The notes beneath the pieces were generated by a model that was not told where the DNA came from, did not search any database, and saw nothing but the letters and a program-made list of their open reading frames with translations. Source: Macrostomum lignano (Eukaryota). From it: a stretch of DNA of 64,000 bases. This document shows positions 51,477 through 64,000 of the stretch, one piece after another; the first letter of the stretch is position 1; each line of letters begins with the position of its first letter. A program made the position numbers and the translations under genes. Location of the stretch: assembly GCA_002269645.1 (NCBI GenBank), contig NIVC01000712.1, positions 434,001-498,000 of the forward strand, given 5' to 3'.

Positions 51477-53174
51477 ATTGGCCTGTCCTTGATTTTTAAA
51501 TGTTATTAACAGGTTTTCCCTGCTACCTTGTGCTTAAATGGCAGAGAGACTTTAAAACACACTGGCCGCTTAAAGCCCTATTATGAGCGCGAGGCTCACA
51601 GCTCAGAATTCGCAGTACCGAATATTATTAAAGGCAGTGTATCTTATAGTCAACAAGAACGCATGCGCACAATGCAAAAAATGCATAGTTTGAGCGGGGT
51701 AGGGTTAGCGCTCCTGCAGTTTCTCTCTGTGCTGTTGTTAAGGCAACCATCAACCAACGCCTCTCAACACATTTTGCTGCCAGTTTTCTGTGTCACGCAT
51801 TTGCAGGCTGCTGACTTGTCCCTCAAATCTCAGCGATCGTTATTGTCTTTTGGTTATTGAGGTCGGCTTTCTTAAGCTGTCTTAAGAGGTCGTTGTTTTT
51901 TCCACTTCGATGTAAGCGCTTTTCCGGTGCTTACAGTATTTAACAGAATAGAAGAAACTGCAGATGACAAAACAAACAAGTTTTCTAACTTAGATACTGA
52001 ATGTTATCTTACTCTCTATTTTCCTTCTTTCTAATCTCTTTCCACTTTCTTACTAATCTCTTCTTTGATAAAAAATGATCAGGAGCAGCGTGACCAGGGG
52101 GGGGGGAGGGCCAAGGGCGATCCGGCCCTCCAAATAGGCTGGCAAAACTAATGGCTGATTACCTATTGACTTGGCGCTTCTTGATCGATAGCGTCTTTAT
52201 CGATAGCGTCTGTATTTGAGGTTTTTTGGTTTTAAATACAGTGTTGTATCTTAGTAAGACAACTTACCTGAGCATAACTATATTTTAGTGAATTTTAGAC
52301 TCTATTGACCCCTGTAGATGTAGTTATATTTAATATAACGAAAAGTCATTGCATCCATTGAATTCAAACATCATTTAGCAAGCTAAATTTGCTTGTGTAG
52401 TTCTACTCACCAAGAGAAGTTTCAGTGCTTCTTGCAGCAGAATCGAGGGTGGAAAACCCATGATTTCTACACATACAGGCAAAGCCACGGCAACTCTGTG
52501 GCAAGTCCAAGTGAAGTCCACGGCATTTCCGCGGATTTTGTCTTCTACTGTACGAGAAAAAGTAAAGTGAATGCAGTGAAGCACGTATTTAAGACAATGC
52601 TAATGTACGCTGGATTAGAGGAGTGGGAGTCTATGCGTGAGCACTTAGTTGCCGCCCAGGACGATATATCTACTAGCATCGATAGCATGTCAGTCAGGAA
52701 AGAGAAGCAGAGGATGCACGCTGCTGTATCGTGCATGTGCTTCCAAGGCATGCACAAGGACCACTAGAAGTTACCGTAACTTCTAGTGGTCCTTGGGCAT
52801 GCACTGTTCACTGTACACCGTACAGAGTCAGTGCTGTGCAAAAAAGAGAACATCAGGTTTATTTCCAAGAATTGACATTTTTATAGTTATTTCGACAAGT
52901 TCTGAAATAGCTCGTAATTAATAGACTACATGTACCTCACCTCAAAGCACTCAACTGCAAAGAAAAAGACTACAAGCATCGGACATTGGGTCTAGCTGAT
53001 ATCCACTAGCTGTTGGCTAAGGCAAGGAATTAAAAGTTAATATACTAACTAACTCTTAGTTTTGTTCAACAACTGCAAGCTAAGGGTAATGTTAGTGCAC
53101 GAACATCATAAATTCCGCCGCTCTCATTTTGTCGCTTTGATTGGCAGACATCGTTTGCTAGAATTTTAGGTTAT

Positions 53175-53590
53175 GTTTCAAATTTCACAGATTTTACATT
53201 ATTTCTCAGGTTTCACATTCCAAAGATTTTATGCTCCCTTATTTTTCATTCTCCAGATTTCATACACTCAAGACTTCATATTCTCCAGATTTACATTCCC
53301 CAGAGTTCACATTCCCCAGATTTCACTTTCCCCAGATTTCAAATTCCCCAGATTTCACTTTCCCCAGATGTTACAATTCCCAAATTCTACATTTCCCAGA
53401 TATTACGTTAAAAAGTTTACATTTCAAAAATTTTGAATCCCCCAGATTTCACATTCCTCAACGTTCACATCCCCAGATTTCACATTCACCAGATTTCACT
53501 TTTCCAAAGTTTTAGATTCCACGAATTTTGCATCCCCAGGTTTTACATTCCCCAGATTTTACATTCCCCAAATTTTACATTCCCAGATTT
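53175..53590. repeat. Degenerate 15-bp tandem repeat (paralog)
   Basis: TTCACATTCCCCAGA-type units. Confidence 0.8.
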
Positions 53591-54344
53591 CTTCGGCGTC
53601 GCAAGGAAACGACAACAAGATACGCTGTCAGAGTCCTTTGACGGTAGCGGCACAAGTCGCAAAGGAAGGCCACGTCGCCGACCGAATCCGGGTCGCCAAC
53701 GTCAGCCAGCAGGCTGAAGACAAGGCGCAAACCCGCCATATGTTTGACTGCCTGATTGTGCCAGCCGCTCTCACCTCATGTACGCAATGCGAACCCCAGA
53801 GCTATTTTTAGCAACACGTCTGTAGAGAGCCATCTGCATGTGCAAGTACACAGGAATTCTCTGGTCTGTGCTGAACGCTCCTTGATTTTTAAACGTTATT
53901 AACAAGGTTTTTTTCCTGTTATCTTCTGCTTGCATGGCAGAAAGACATTCAAACACACTAGCCTGTAAAGGCCCTGTAATGAGTGTGAGGCCCAAATCAC
54001 AGAATTAGCAGTACATAATATTATTCAATGCAAGTGTATTTGATATAGTCAACAAGAACGCATGGCACAATGCAAAAAATGCATAGTTTGAGCGGGGTAG
54101 GGTTAGCGCTCACGCATTTTCTTTCTGTGCTGTTGTTAAGGCAACCATCAACCTCTGCCCCTTAAAGCATTTTGCTGCGAGTCTTCTGTCACGCGTTCGC
54201 AGGCTGCTGGCTTGGCCCGGAAACCTAAGCGCTTTTCCAGTGCTTACAGTTATTAAAAGAATAAACAAATCTGAAAATGATATTGCAAACAAGGTTTGAA
54301 ACGAGGTACTTAGTTAATTTTCTCTTACTAATCTGATGATTAAA

Positions 54345-54790
54345 TGATCAGGGCGTGGCTAGGGAGGGGGCCAAGGGGACCCGGCCCTCCAAAAAGGCTG
54401 TCAAAAATAATGGCTGATTTCCCGCTGACTTGGCGCCCCTTCAAAGCAGGTTTGGCGCCTCTGATCTCAACTCTAGCAGTTCTCCAACAACCACTTTGGC
54501 TACTTTGGCCTCGTCAGCAGCCCCTTGGCGCCACTTGGTGCTGGCGCGTCTCCATGGCGCTGGCACCTCTTGCTATGGCGCCACTTGCCAAGACGCAGCC
54601 CCCAATAAACACCTCTTATGATAAACTCCATACCAGGTGTGGTAATTCTAGGATTGAACGATAAAATATTGCTAATCGTACGTCGGATTTTGACTCCCAC
54701 TGTGTAGAGAGACAGCTTCAAGACACTTGTACAAAGAATTGAAGCGTGAACATGAACTAGCTCGTCCAGCAAGATTTAATACTCTCTTCT
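54345..54790 (+). mobile_element. Possible deleted hAT element remnant (paralogs begin at ~22735, 34610, 39200, 52080)
   Basis: Starts CAGGGCGTGGC (hAT-like end). A frameshifted ER-SFKTL...RFNTL segment here and at ~40150-40240 resembles the hAT C-terminal dimerisation motif. Confidence 0.35.
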
Positions 54791-55345
54791 TCTCTCTTAA
54801 TACTAAAGTTGGTGCGTTGTTTGTCTGTTTGTGTGATACATCTCTTTCTTAATACTAAAGTTGGTGCGTTGTTTGTCTGTTTGTGTGATACATCTTAATA
54901 CTAAAGTTGGTGCGTTGTTTGTCTGTTTGTGTGATACATCTCTTTCTTAATACTAAAGTTGGTGCGTTGTTTGTCTGTTTGTGTGATACATCTCTTTCTT
55001 AATACTAAAGTTGGTGCGTTGTTTGTCTGTTTGTGTGATACATCTTAATACTAAAGTTGGTGCGTTGTTTGTCTGTTTGTGTGATACATATCTCCTCCTA
55101 GATGACTTGCATCTTAATACTAAAGTTGGTGCGTTGTTTGTCTGTTTGTGTGATACATATCTCCTCCTAGATGACTTGCAAGTCAGCGTTGAAATCTTAA
55201 TACTAAAGTTGGTGCGTTGTTTGTCTGTTTGTGTGATACATATCTTTCTTCTTAATACTAAAGTTGGTGCGTTGTTTGTCTGTTTGTGTGATACATCTTA
55301 ATACTAAAAGTGGTGCGTTGTTTGTCTGTATGTATGTCAGTTCGA
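54788..55345. repeat. 46-53 bp tandem repeat (~10 units; about 4 more at 56533-56790)
   Basis: Core CTTAATACTAAAGTTGGTGCGTTGTTTGTCTGTTTGTGTGATACAT, which is an amplified sub-segment of the macrosatellite unit. Confidence 0.92.
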
Positions 55346-58300
55346 TAACTCCTCCTAGAATACTTGCAACTCAGCGTTGAAACTTATATGGGAAAACTGC
55401 AAATTTTCCGAGGATGGCTTTAGGCTATTTTAATCTTTCATTTTTAAATTTTAAGATCCCTAAAAAAGCAGAAAGCAGCAATTCTGACCTTTGATAATCT
55501 TATTTGTCCCCTCTTTCTGCTCGGAGCTGAAAATTGGCATAAATTTTGAGTGATTACGCCACAACTTTTTCCTATGTCGCCAGTGCGTTTTCTCTCCTGT
55601 GGGGGAATGGGCGCGTTCTCATTGGCGGCGTGTGTACAATCGGACCCTGGCTCACTGGCTGACTTTATAGACAATTGCGCAACTATTTGTGTTCTGTTTT
55701 TTAACAGGCAGCCCTGTGTATTTTTTGCACAGTGAAATTCAGTGCATTTTTACGCATAAACTTGCGAGCATCTTTAGCAGGCAGTGAACGTACACTCGAT
55801 ATTTCAATGCTTAAAATCAGAAAGTTTCAAACACTAACTGTTGCTCGAGTTTTGAACTTAGAGAGGAGAGACTTATATTGCTGGAAAGATCTTGCTGCGA
55901 TGAGTTCGGGGATATAAGTTTTTTGCTTTAAATATGAAAATTAAATTCACAGCATTCAAGAAAAGATTTTCATACTTTTAGCTTTCTGCAAAGATTTTGC
56001 TCATTTTGGAGTTCAATGGGGGTTCGACCGACCCCCCCCCAATAGTTAGTAGGGGGGGGTTCAATTTCTAGCTGCACTGCGTATTGGAAGGGGGTCGGTT
56101 GCTGTGTATTGGAGGGCTGATTTAGATTGCGCAATCTTTTTGTTAACTTTAACCGACGCTGATACTGACTGCCTGAGAAATAAGTTGCGCAATTTAATTG
56201 GTTCAATGTTTTTACGGCGCCTTTCAACACGCAGCTGTGTGTAGCTCTAACCCTAACCCTAACCCTAACCAATGAATTCTGAGAGCTGGGCTGTTTGACG
56301 GAGAAATTTCGATTTAGTCCAGTTTCACGGAGAGGATTTCTATTTCGCGGAGAATATTTCGATGGTGTTCAGTTTCACGGAGAGGATTTCGATAGTGTTC
56401 AGTTTCACGGAGACGATTTCTGTTGCGCGGAGAGGTGTTGGAAAATGGGATTCCGCTGATGGAGTTCAGGGAATGGAATTCCGCTGATTGGAGTTCTTCC
56501 CCTTTCTTCTCCGAAGGAGGAGTTGGCCTCGTCTTAATACTAAAGTTGGTGCGTTGTTTGTCTGTTTGTGTGATACATATCTCCTCCTAGATGACTTGCA
56601 TCTTAATACTAAAGTTGGTGCGTTGTTTGTCTGTTTGTGTGATACATATCTCCTCCTAGATGACTTGCAATCTTAATACTAAAGTTGGTGCGTTGTTTGT
56701 CTGTTTGTGTGATACATATCTTCTTAATACTAAAGTTGGTGCGTTGTTTGTCTGTTTGTGTGATACATATCTCCTCCTAGATGACTTGCAAGTCAGCGTT
56801 GAAACTTACATGGGAAAACTGCAAATTTTCCGAGGATGGCAGTGGGCTATTTCAATTTTTTATTTTCACGTCTTAAGATCCCTAAAAAAGCAGAAGTAGT
56901 AAAACAATAGGGGAATTTGAACATCTTGCGTAATTTACAATTATTGCGCCACAACAGCCGGCCTATCTGTGCAGTGTATTCTTTCAACTGAAGGGGTGTA
57001 AGCTGGGCCGGTTGACATCAATTTTTAGCGATTGCGCCACAACTGTGTGCACTGAGAACTTAACCAAACCCCCCTGTGTTGAGGGTGCTGGGGCGGCAGT
57101 GGAATTCAATGAATAAACTTGCAAGCCTTTTTAGCAGGCAGTGCACGTATGCGTACACTCGATAGTTCAATGCTTTAAATTGGGATATTTCAAACGCCAA
57201 CTGTTCCTCGAGTTTTGAACTCTGAGAGAAGAGACTTATATTGCTGGAAAGATCTTTCAATGCTGACTTCGAGGATATAAGTTGTTTGCTTTAAATATGA
57301 AAGCAAAAAGCAAAGCAAAAGCAAAGACGATATTTCAATACTTTTAACTCTCTGCAAAGATTGTACTCATTTTACGGGTTCAATGGGGGTTCGACCGACA
57401 CCCCAACAGTTAGGGGGGGGGGGGGTTGAATTTCTAACCTTCACTGCGTATTGGAAGGGGTCGGTCGCTGTGTATTGGAGGGTTGATTTAGATTGCGCAA
57501 TTTTTTTTCCTAATTTTACCGAGACTGATACTGAATGACTATGAAATTGGTTGCGCATTCAATTGATTCAATTGGTTCAATTTTTTTATCGGCGCCTTTC
57601 AACACGCTGCTGTGTGTAGCTCGAACCCTAACCCTAACCCTAACCCTAACCATTGAATCCTGAGAGTTTATTCCCTTTGACGGACAAATTTCGATTGAGT
57701 CCAGTTTCACGGAGAGAATTTCAATGGTTTTCAGTTTCTTGGAGAGGATTTCTGTCTTGCGGAGAGGATTTCGATGGTTTTCAGTTTCACGGAGAGGATT
57801 TCTGTTTCGTGGAGAGAATTTTGATGTATTTCTGTTTTACGGAGACAATTTTGATGGATTTTAGTTTCACGCAGAGGATTTCCTTGGAGTTCAGTTTCCC
57901 GGAGAGGATTTCTGTTTCGCGGAGAGGATTTCGATGGTGTTCAGTTTTGCGGTGAGGAGTTGGATGATGGGATTCAGTTGGTGGATTTCAGGGAATGGAA
58001 TTCCGGTGATGGGAGTTCTTCCCCTTTCTCCTCCAGCAGAGGAGTTGGCCTCCTAATACTAAAACTCTAGCGATGTTTGTTTTTTTGTCCGTATGTTGCA
58101 ACTTTTCTCCTAGACTACTGGCAAGTCAGCGTTGAAACTTATATGGGAAAACTGCAAATTTTCCGGACTGGGTTTATAGCTATTTTAATCTCTCATTTTC
58201 TCATTTTGAGATCCCTAAAAAAGCAGAAAACTGATTTCCTAACCTTCTTTGGCCCTCCTGTGGCTACTCTGTCTCTCCAGTGGAGGGGTTGCAGTCTGTT

Positions 58301-61300
58301 TGTAAAAATAGCCACCCCAACCTCCGCCCGCGGGTCGCTGTGTATTTGGGGGGAGAGGGGAGTGGGTGCGCGTGTTTTAGCGTTCAATGCAAATAAAACC
58401 TCCGCGTGTTGGGGTGCAGTTAATTTAATCAGAATGGGGGGGGGGGTTGGGCTTGGGCTGAGTGTAAATAGCAATAGTTAGGACGGGTCGAGATTCAATT
58501 GGTTTTATTATCGGCGCCTTTCAAGACGCAGCCCTGTGTATTTGCTGGGCAGTGAAATTCAATGAAATAAACTTGCAAGCCTCTGTCTCAGCTCAATGCA
58601 GCAAGCAGTTAGGGAATCGGAAAATTTCAAATGCTAACTGTTCCTTAAGTTTTAAACTCTGAGAGGAGAGACTTACATTGCTGGAAATAATTTGCAACGC
58701 TGAGTTTGGGGATATAAGTTGTTTGCTTTATATATTAAAACTACAGCAGGGCATTTAAAAACGATTTCCATACTTTTAACTTTTTGAAAGAGTGTACTTA
58801 TTTTTGTGATAGGTCGGATATAAAGTTGGGGGGGTTCAACTTTTACTTGCCGCTGTGTATTGGAGGGGGTCGGTCACTGTGTGTTGGATGGTTGATTTAA
58901 ATTGCGCAATCATTTTGTTAACTTTAACTGAGAGTGATACTGACTGACTGAGAAATAAATAAAGCAGTCAATTAAATCAATTAGTTCAATTTTTACTTAT
59001 CGGCGCATTCAACCCTTTAAATTTACCCTTTTAAAGGGTAGGCAGCTCTGTGCAGCTCTAACCCTAACCCTAACCACTGAATCCTGAGTGTTGAGTTCTT
59101 TTTGACGGAGAAAATTTTGATTCAGTTCAGTTTCACGGAGAGAATTTCGATGGTTTTCAGTTTCACGGAGAGGATTTCTGTTTCGCGGAGAGGATTTTGA
59201 TGAATGTCTGTTTTACGAAGAGGTTTTTGATGGTGTTCAGTTTCGCGGAGCTTATTTGGATAATGGGATTCAGCTGATGGATTTCAGGGAATGGAATTCC
59301 GGTGATGGGAGTTCTTCCCCTTTCTCCTCCATCGGAGGAGTTGTCCTCGTCTTAAATACTAAAGTTGGTGCGATGTTTGTCTGTCTGTATGTTGCAATTT
59401 TTCTCCTAGACTACTTGCAACTCAGCGTTGAAACTTATATGGGTAAACTGCAAATTTTCCGGGTTGGGTTTATAGCTATTTTAATCTTTCATTTTTATAT
59501 TTTAAGATCCCTAAAAAAGCAGAAAAAATATAACAATAGGGAATATGATCCACCTTGCGCAACTCTTAGTGATTGCGCCACAACAGCTGGCCTATCTGTG
59601 TAGTGTATTCTTTTAGCTGAAGGGGTGTAACTGGGCCAGTTGGCATCAATTTTTAGTGATTACGCCACAACTTTCTCCTATCTCGGCAGTGTATTTTCTC
59701 TCCAATGGGGGAATGGGGGCATTCTCAGTGGCTGCGTGTGTACAATCGGACCCTAGCTCACTGGCTGATTGTATAGACAATTGCGCAACGATATGTTTTC
59801 TGATTTTCAATAGGCAGCCCTGTGTATTTGTTGGACACTGTGTATTTGTTGGACAGTAAAATTCAATGAATAAACTTGCGAGCCTCCCACTGCTGCAGGC
59901 AGTGAACGTACACTCAATAGTTCAATTCCTTAAAACGGAAAATTTCAAAGCCAAACTGTTCCTTGAGTTTTAAACTTTAAGAGAAGAGACTTATATTGCT
60001 GGAAAGAGGTTGCAATGCTGAGTTAGGGGATATAAGTTGTTTGCTCTAAATGTGAAAATTAAAAGCACAGCATTCAAAAAGTGATTTCCATACTTTTAAC
60101 TTTTTGCAAAGATTGTACTCCATTTCGGGGGTTCAATGAGGGTTTGACAGACCCCCAACAGTGGGGGGGTTCAATTTCTAGCTGCACTGCGTATTCGAAG
60201 GGGTTCGGTCGCTGTGTATTGGAGGGTTGATTTAGATTGCGCAATTTTTTTGTTAACTTTAACCGAGGCTGATACTGACTGCCTGAGAAATAAGTTGCGC
60301 AATTTAATTGGTTCAATGTTTTTACGGCGCTGTGTGTAGCTCTAACCCCTAACCAAAACCAATGAATTCTGAGAGCTGGGTTCTGTTTGACGGAGAAATT
60401 TCGATTGAGTCCAGTTACACGGAGAGGATTTTTGTGGAGAGGATTTTGATGGTGTTCAGTTTCACGGAGACAATTTCTGTTTCGCGGAGAGTTCAGGAAA
60501 TGGGATTCCGGTGATGGGAGTTCTTCCCCTTTCTTCTCCAAAGGAGGAGTTGGCCTCGTTTAATACTAAAAGTGGTGCGATGTTTGTCTGTTTGTCTGTT
60601 TGTCTGTGTGTTGCAATTTTTCTCCTAGAATACTGGCAAGTCAGCGTCGAAACTTATATGGGGAAACTGCAAATTTTCCAGGTCGGGCTATAGGCTATTT
60701 TAATATTTTATTTTAGATTGTTAAGATCCCTAAAAAAGCAGAAAATTGCAATCTTGACCTTTGATAATCTTATTTGTCCTCTCTTTCTGCTCGGAGCTGA
60801 AAAAATGTATCAATTTTGAGTGATTGCGCCATAAATTTCTCCTATCTCGGCAGTGCATTTTCTCTCCAGTCGGAGGATGGGGCCGTTCTCAGTGGCGGCG
60901 TGTGTACACTTGGACCCTTGCGCACTGGCTGACTGTATAGACAATTGCGCAATGATATGTGTTCTGCCTTTTAATAGGCTGCCCTGTGTAATAGCTGGGC
61001 ATGGGCAGTGAAATTCAATGAATAAACTTGCGAGCCACTTTAGCAGGCAGTGAACGTACACTCGATATTTGAATGCTTTTAATCAAGAATTTTCAAACAC
61101 TTATATTGTGACTTATAAGAAGAGACTTATATTGCTGGAAAGATCTTGCAACGCTGAGTTCAAGGATATAAGTTGTTTGCTTTAAATGTGAAAAGAAAAA
61201 GCACAGCATTCAAAAAAACTTTTTCCGTACTTTTAACTTGCTGCAAAGATTGTACTCATTTTGGCGAGAGGTGAGAGATAAAGTTGGGGGTTTCAACTTC

Positions 61301-63125
61301 TAACTAGCGCTGTGTATAGGAAGGGGGTCAGTCACTTTGTATTGGAGGGTTGATTTAGATTGCGCAAACTTTTTGTTAACTTAACTTTTTGTTAACTTTA
61401 ACTGAGACTGATACTGACTGACTGAGAAATCGGTTGCGCAATCAATTGATTCAATTGGTTCAATGTTTTATTATCGGTGCATTTTAACACGCAGCTCTGT
61501 GAAGCTCCAACCCTAACCCTAACCCTAACCCTAACCACAGAATCCTGAGAGTTGATTTGTTTGACGGAGAAACTTTCGATTGAGTCCAGTTTCACGGAGA
61601 GGATTTCTGTTTCGCGGAGAGGATTTCGATGGTGTTCAGTTTCACGGAGAGGATTTTGATGGATTTGGAGAACAGTTAGATGATATTCGGGTCTTGGGAT
61701 TCAGCTGATGGAGTTCAGGGAATGGAATTCCGGTGATGGGAGTTCTTCCCCTTTCTCCTCCAGAGGAGGAGTTGGCCTCGTCGTTAATACTAAAACTGCT
61801 GCGTTGTTTGTGTGTATGTATGTTGTAAGTGAACTCCTACAATACTGCCAAGTCAGCGTCGAAACTTATATGGGAAAACTGCAAATTTTCCGGATCAGGC
61901 TTTAGGCTATTTTAATTTTTAATTTTCACATTTTAACATCCCTAAAAAAGCAGAAAACTGCTTTTTTTTAACTCCCAATAACCTTCTTTGGCCACTCTGA
62001 CTGGGGCTGCAGCCAGTTTGTAAAAATAGCCACCCCAACCTCCGCCCGCGGGCCGCTGTGTATTGAGGGGTGGTGGGTGCGCGTGTTCTGGGTTCAATGC
62101 AAATAAAACCCCCCGCGTGTTGGGGGGTTGAGTTAAATTTAATGATTCCCCCAGAACGGGGGTTGGGCTTGGGCTGAGTGTACATAGCAGTTGTACAGTG
62201 TAAACAGATAGATAGGAATCAGGACTGTGTCGAGATTCAATTGGTTTTATTATTGGCGCCTTTTTTTCTCCATAGGCATCCCTGTGTATTAGCTTAGCAG
62301 TGAAATTCAATGAATTGCGAGCTTCTCTAGCAAGCAGTCGGGAAATCGGTAAATTTCAAACGCTAACTGTTCCTCGAGTTTTAAACTTTGAGAGGAGACA
62401 CTTATATTGCTGAAAAGATCTTGCAACGCAGAGTTCGAGGATATAAGTTGTTTGCTTTATATATGAAAACTAAAAGCTTTTCATTGGGAAAACTATTCCC
62501 ATACTTTTAACTTTTTGCAAAAATTGTAATCAGTTTTGCGAGACGTAATAGTAAAGTTGGGGGGAGGGTTCAACTTCTCACTGCTGCTGTGTATTGGAGG
62601 GTTGATTTACATTGACTGACTGACTGTGAAATCAGTTGCGCAATGAATTGATTCAATTAGTTCAATATTTTTATCAGTGCCTTTTAACACAAACCTGTAC
62701 GTAGTTCTAACCCTAACCCTAACCCTAACCAATGAATCCGGAGAGTTGAGTTGTTTGACGGAAAAAATTCGATTGAGTCCAGTTTAGCGGAGACGATTTC
62801 AATGTTTTAATTTTGACAAAGAGGATTTCTGTTTCGTGGAGAGGATTTCGATGGTGTTCAGTTTTGTGGAGAGGATTTCGATGGTGTTCAGTTTCGTGGA
62901 AAGGATTTCGATGATGTTCAGTTTCACGGAGAGGATTTCGATAATGTTCAGCTTCACGGAGAGGATTTCTGTTTCGCGGAGATAATTTATGATTGATTTC
63001 TGTTTTATGGAGACAATTTTGATGGATTTAAGTTTCACGGAGAGGATTTCGATGGTTTTCAGTTGCACGGACAGGATTTTTCTGCTTCGCGGAGAGGATC
63101 TTGATGGATTTGGCATCTTCAATCA
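55300..63125. repeat. Diverged macrosatellite, 6 units of ~1.2-1.4 kb, each with a (CCCTAA)2-4 seed and an AGTTTCACGGAGAGGATTT subrepeat
   Basis: The anchor GTCAGCGTTGAAACTTATATGGGAAAACTGCAAATTTTCC recurs near 55375, 56790, 58125, 59420, 60640 and 61855. CCCTAA runs lie at ~56247, 57624, 59058, 60342, 61509 and 62707. Confidence 0.9.
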
Positions 63126-63129
63126 GTCA

Positions 63130-64000
63130 GAGAAGAGAGTAAAGAGAAGAGTGAAAAGATCAGAAGAGAGATGAGATGAGATGATAGAAAACAGAGTAGA
63201 AATGAGACGAGAGATTAGACATGACAGATGGGAGAGAAGAGGGGAGTAAGGGGGGAACGAAGGAGAGAGAAGAGAAGAGGAGAGAGGAGACGAGAGGGGA
63301 GATATGAGATAGCAGAGGGAGACAAGAGAGATGATAGGAGAGAGAATAGAGATGAGGGATAAGAGCGTACAGAGGTAATAGAAAAGAGGGGAGAGTAGAG
63401 GAGAAAGAAAGAGTGAGATGAGGGATGAGAGATGAGAGAGGAGGGGAGAGAGAAGAGAGGAGAAAAGAGGGGAGAAATGAGACAGGAGAGAGTAGAGACG
63501 AAAGACCAGGGAGAAGATATAAATAAGGTAGTATAGATGAGAGGAGAGAGAGGAGAGAGAGAAGCGAGAGGAGAAGAGAGAGAGGGGAGAGAGGAAAGAG
63601 ATGAAAGATCAGAGATAAAAGAGTTAAGAGAAGGAAAGTAGTGAGGAGAGGAGAGATGAGAGGATGGAGAGGATAGAAAAGAGAGAAGAGAAGAGACAGG
63701 GGATAGTGGTAAGGAGGAAAGAAAGATGGGAGACAAGAAAGTAGAGTGTGAGAGCGTATATGAGATATGAAAAATGAGAAGCAGATAGGAGAGAAAAGAG
63801 AAGAGAGAGAGGGTTAAGAGAGACGATAGATAAGTAAGGAGAGATGACATATGAGAGAGGAGAGAAGAGGGAGAGATAAGAGAGAAGAGAGGAGACAGGA
63901 GACAGAAGTGAAGAGGAGAGATATGAGAGAAGAGAGGAGACAAGAGACAGGAGAGGGTACAAACGAAAGACGAGGGAGAAGAGATAAATAAGGGAGTAGG
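63130..64000. repeat. Purine-rich (GA) low-complexity tract
   Basis: About 870 bp of overwhelmingly A/G on the + strand; the minus-strand S/L-rich ORFs here are by-products. Confidence 0.93.

Noticed and set aside
54788-56790. ~50-bp repeats as a CRISPR-like array
   Set aside because: Units are head-to-tail without unique spacers, there are no cas genes, and the context is eukaryotic.
56247-62730. (CCCTAA)n runs as a true telomere
   Set aside because: Only 2-4 units each, internal to repeat monomers, with no terminal array in the window.
63215-63962. S/L-rich 242-aa and 112-aa minus-strand ORFs
   Set aside because: A CT-rich low-complexity strand lacks stops by composition.

Overview
Eukaryotic, invertebrate-animal-like DNA with GT-AG introns and AT-rich intergenic sequence; a flatworm such as Macrostomum is only an unverified guess. 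In order, the window holds: (1) the 5' end of a secreted-protein gene at 1-343 (-) and a decayed non-LTR retrotransposon at ~1.6-2.9 kb; (2) a young 8.5-kb Ty3/Gypsy LTR retrotransposon (3106-11614) with apparently identical 559-bp LTRs. It sits in a (TAAC)n microsatellite with a TAAC target-site duplication (TSD), has a G_GGA_AAC -1 frameshift signal, one in-frame TGA in integrase, and an unexplained non-env third ORF preceded by a splice-acceptor-like site; (3) a Ginger/GIN-type integrase remnant; (4) a ~39-kb tandem array (~15.3-54.8 kb) of about six related units. It carries a five-exon type-I membrane protein family that I cannot assign: two intact copies, one pseudogene and two orphan last exons. 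The copies are mosaic, and different minisatellites have expanded from single monomers in different units; (5) a full-length P-element/THAP9-type transposon with terminal inverted repeats (TIRs) and an 8-bp TSD (47984-51476); (6) six copies of a 1.2-1.4 kb macrosatellite with short (CCCTAA)n seeds, then a purine-rich tract. All calls were made by eye; no database searches were run.
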